Below, in pieces: positions 60,216 through 64,000 of a DNA stretch of 64,000 bases. A program made the translations under genes and the position numbers. Within the stretch, counting starts at the first letter, position 1; every line of letters begins with the position of its first letter. The stretch is taken from assembly GCF_036321535.1 (NCBI RefSeq), contig NC_087437.1:19036001-19100000 (forward strand). The letters are read 5' to 3'. This stretch comes from Camelus dromedarius. Lineage: Eukaryota. The notes under the pieces are model-generated. The model ran no database searches, had not been told where the DNA came from, and saw nothing but the letters and a program-made list of their open reading frames with translations.

Positions 60216-62480
60216 GTGGCAAGAGCAGATTTGATGGCTACTTGGCGTATGCCAAACTTGAGATGCCAGTCATCTCCCCAAATCCTCGTGAATTCCTGCC
60301 TGGCACATAATCCCCAATTTACCAACAAGAAACTCAGAATTCTATGGGGAATGGAGAGGATGGAATGTTTTAGGCCTGCTTCACATCAAAACTCCAGTTT
60401 GTTGACATCACTGGATGTAATTTTTATGTGAAATAATTTTGAAAACTCAGCCATAGAAAAAGGTACACAATTTTATAAATCTTTTTATATAACTTGTTTC
60501 AAATATGCAAAAACATGGAGTAAATTGACACTCAGCTACAGTTTGAAAGGATTTAATTATGTGAATTTAATTGTGGGTATCACAAAAGATCATATAATTA
60601 CATGATCTTATAGTTCAGCTCTCCCTTCCCATTTACCTACTACACATAGAGGAATAGATTATTGAAAAAAATTCTTAATGCAGTCACCCTACAGTATTTC
60701 AACTCAATTCTTATCAATAACTGTTCATTAAATCCATATATCTTAAAGGCATTTCACTAGGCATTTAGAAAATAAAAGGTCAAAATTTATAAAGTTGATT
60801 TCTGCCCCTAGGTGTGTTTTTGCTTTATTTTTCTCCCCACATGTTTACATGGTCACTCTTTGGGGCTATTACTCATCCTGTTTATGGGAATTGATTATTG
60901 CATGGTGTAGGAGAAGCCACTAGAATACATGATGGGCCTTTGTTCTCTGAGACTGGCTCCAATCGGAGAGCTTGCTGAAATTTTCTAGGGTGTTGAGGGG
61001 AGTAAATCACCTCCTTTCTGGACCTCAAAGTCATAATGCTATGAGGAGGGAGGGAATAGAAAGTGCAGTGATAGCAATCTCTCTGGGGCAGAAAGAAGAG
61101 AAAAAAGCAGATTGTGGGTTTGTTTTAATAACGGGTGATAGAGATGATAAGCACAAATGGGATTCTAGGTTTGACCTTCATTCTGAAAAGTCTCAAGAGG
61201 TCACTGAAATTTCATTTCTTTGGAATCTTGGTCTATAACCCATAGTCTTGACCTGTCACATAAAACCATGTTTAAAAGGAGAAAAAATAAAAATGAAAAA
61301 CAAAAACCAACCCCTCCCCCCAAAAAAACCCCTCCTGTTTGTTTGGGAAGCTGATTTTCCTGTAATTTGTCCTAAATGTCCCTCTCTCAAGTTTCTTCTC
61401 CCACCCTAGAGGCCCCACATTATAGATAATCCCCCTTTTTACACTACTGCTGTCCACCCCACCCTCTTCTCAGTGGCTCTATCCACGTGTTGGTGGGTAA
61501 CTGAGTTTGAGGCTCCACAGGTAGAGTGTTGTTTCCACTACTCTACGTGCCTATGGTTGTTCTGCCCTGCTTTTTCCAACTCACTACTAGTCATGGATTT
61601 TTTTAGTTCCTGGTTCTAGCTCATGAACTCACCCTAATTTTAACAGTTTTCCTGGGGGCAATGCCATTTCCATTGCAATAGTGTGCTGTGCAACCAATGT
61701 CCTGGAGCGCCCCATGGCTAAATGAAGGGCATAGGTGTACGACTCTCCTAAAAAATCTCTCCTGAAGAGGAACTGTGTCCTCTTGGAGTGATGACTGATT
61801 TCAGGTCTGGGGCAGGAAATGCACCAGATGATTCAGGGTCATCTTACCGTATTAGAAAGGAGGAAGGCATCAAATGTGCATAGGGTTGTGTCAATAGTAT
61901 AAACTAATATTTTAGATTATTGCCATCAGGAGAGAAAAAACCCCAATTCCTATAAGCTCCACTGGCTCATGAGTAGGATGCTACTGCAATAAATCTAACA
62001 ATTTTCGAAACATCACCTGAATCACAGAGAACTGATACCTGCAGATAAACCAAGAGGTTCAATTACACTTAGTTCCCCTGAACAACTCTCTGCATCCACC
62101 TCTGCAACTGCATTTTTATGGCCATGATCATGGCAATAAAATCATTTCTCAGCTTTGCCTTGCCATGGTTGATTAAGACTATTAGCTTTGAAAAAATATT
62201 CTGGCTCTCTCTGAGAGCCACTCGACATTTCAGTGAACAAAGACATTTATTCACCTTAATGAGTTTTTTGCCCTTAGCCGTGGCATGGTTGATATTTTCC
62301 TCTATGAAAAGAAAATCAGCCTCAAGTTTGAAAACCTAGACCAGCATCTTCTTCCTATGAAGCCAGCACACATATGTGTAGCAAAGCAAGTTTAAAAAAA
62401 AAGAAGCAACTTTTCATTTTGTTATAAAGTGGGCCTAAGAGACAAGTATTCAAATTGTTAAGTTTTCTAAACTAATTTTT

Positions 62481-63761
62481 TTAAAACAACTTTATTGTGG
62501 TATAATTCCTGTACACATTTCAGATGTATAATTTGATGAATTTTGATAGATGTATACACCTATGAAACCACCGCCACAGTCAAGAACGCTAGCATTTCCA
62601 TCACTCTCCAACAGGTGCAAGTTTTGAACTCCCAATTTATCCCTTCCCACTCCCTTTACCTGTTGGTAACCACGAGTCTGTTCTCTATATCTGTGAGTCT
62701 GTTTCTGTTTTATAAACAAGTTCATTTGTGTCTTTTTCTAAAGATTCCACATATAAGTGATATCATACAATATTTTTCTTTCTGTTTCTGACTTACTTCA
62801 CTTAGAATTACAGTCTCCAGATCCAACCATGTTGCTGCAAATAGCATTATTTTACTCTTCTTTATGGCCGAGTAGTATTCCATTGTATAAATATATCACA
62901 TCTTTTTTATCCAACCATCTGTTGATGGAAATTTAGGTTGTTTCCATGTCTTGGCTATTGTAGATAGTGCTGCTGTGAACATTGAGGTGTGTATGTCTTT
63001 TCAAATTGTACTTTTCTCTCAATATATGCCCAGGAATGGGATTACTGGATCATATGGTAAGTTTATTTTTAGTTTTTTAAGGAACCTCCGCACTGTCCTC
63101 TGTAGTGGCTGCACCAATTTACATTCCCACCAACAGTGTAGGAGGGTTCCTTTTTCTCCACACTCTCTCCAGAATTTATCATTTGTAGATTTTTATGATG
63201 GCCATTCTGACTAGTGTGAGGTGATACCTCATTGTAATTTTGATTTGCATTTCTCTGATGATTAGACATTGAGCATTTTTTCATGTGCCTAGTGGCCATT
63301 TATATATCTTCACTGGAGAATTGCTGGTTTAGGTCTTCTGCCCATTTTTGGGTTGGGTTGTTTGTTTTTTGTTGTTGGATTGTATGAGCTGTTTGTATAT
63401 TCTGGAAATTAAGCCCTTGTCAGTCACATCATTTGCAAATATTTTCTCCCATTCTGTAGGTTGTCTTTTCATTTTGTTGATGGTATCCTTAGCTGTGCAA
63501 AATCTTTTAAGTTTAATTAGACCCCATTTGTTTATTTTTGCTTTTATTTCCATTATCTAGGAGCTGGTTCAGAAAAAATATTTCTGTGATTTATGTCAAA
63601 GAGTGTTCTGCCTATGTTTTCCTCTAGGAGTTTTATAGTATCTGGTCTTACATTAGGTCTTTAATCCATATTGGGTTTATTTTTGTATATGGTGTTAGAG
63701 AATGTTCTAATTTCAGTCTTTTACAGGTAGCTGTCCAGTTTTCCCAGCACCACTTATTGAA
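62481..63761 (-). mobile_element. 5'-truncated chimeric L1: younger body (62612-63761) joined to an older-type L1 3' end (62481-62611), with a 13-bp TSD
   Basis: Encodes [22 protein letters not shown]...[17 protein letters not shown]. Direct repeats taaactaattttt (62468-62480) and taaactaaatttt (63762-63774). Confidence 0.85.
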
Positions 63762-64000
63762 TAAACTAAATTTTGATGGAAAGTTTACCACTTAGAACTC
63801 AAGAGCAGACCTTTAATAGTATGCTCCATGTTTGACGTAGGTTCCAGGAACATTCATCTTATGTGATAGTACCTGGGGCCAACTTTTTCTGCCATTCTGC
63901 CCACAGGAGGTTTGGCTCACCTGTGCAGGGGCCTGAGCTGCTTATTTCCAGTTGATATTGATCTTTTTGGATGTACACATCTTGATGAGATGTCTTCCCT

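Overview
Mammalian, repeat-rich, apparently gene-poor genomic DNA, most likely from a camelid: it has tRNA-Ala-derived SINEs of the Vic-1 type, and I saw no Alu, B1, Bov-tA/BovB or PRE-1. I can support no intact host protein-coding gene, and most short ORFs in the track are chance or repeat-derived. The dominant feature is a young full-length LINE-1 on the minus strand (20068-27197). It has a perfect 11-bp TSD, a CpG-rich 5'UTR, and ORF1/ORF2 broken by only three point lesions. The window also holds several truncated or rearranged L1s, an old ERVL provirus remnant (LTR16-type LTR, protease and RT remnants, nested solo LTR), MLT/MER21-type solo LTRs, Tigger and hAT MITEs, and many MIR/L2 fragments. 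The most interesting observations are a TSD-bounded L1 mosaic that keeps its 5'UTR-ORF1 but has inverted ORF2 pieces, a probable 3' transduction, a TSD-bounded young/old L1 chimera, a possible ancient CR1-superfamily RT fossil, a 112-bp AT-rich palindrome, and two enhancer-like palindromes (CRE; paired HOX/CDX sites). I found no convincing new multi-gene system. Repeat family names come from recalled consensus sequences, not a database search, and boundaries of old repeats are approximate.
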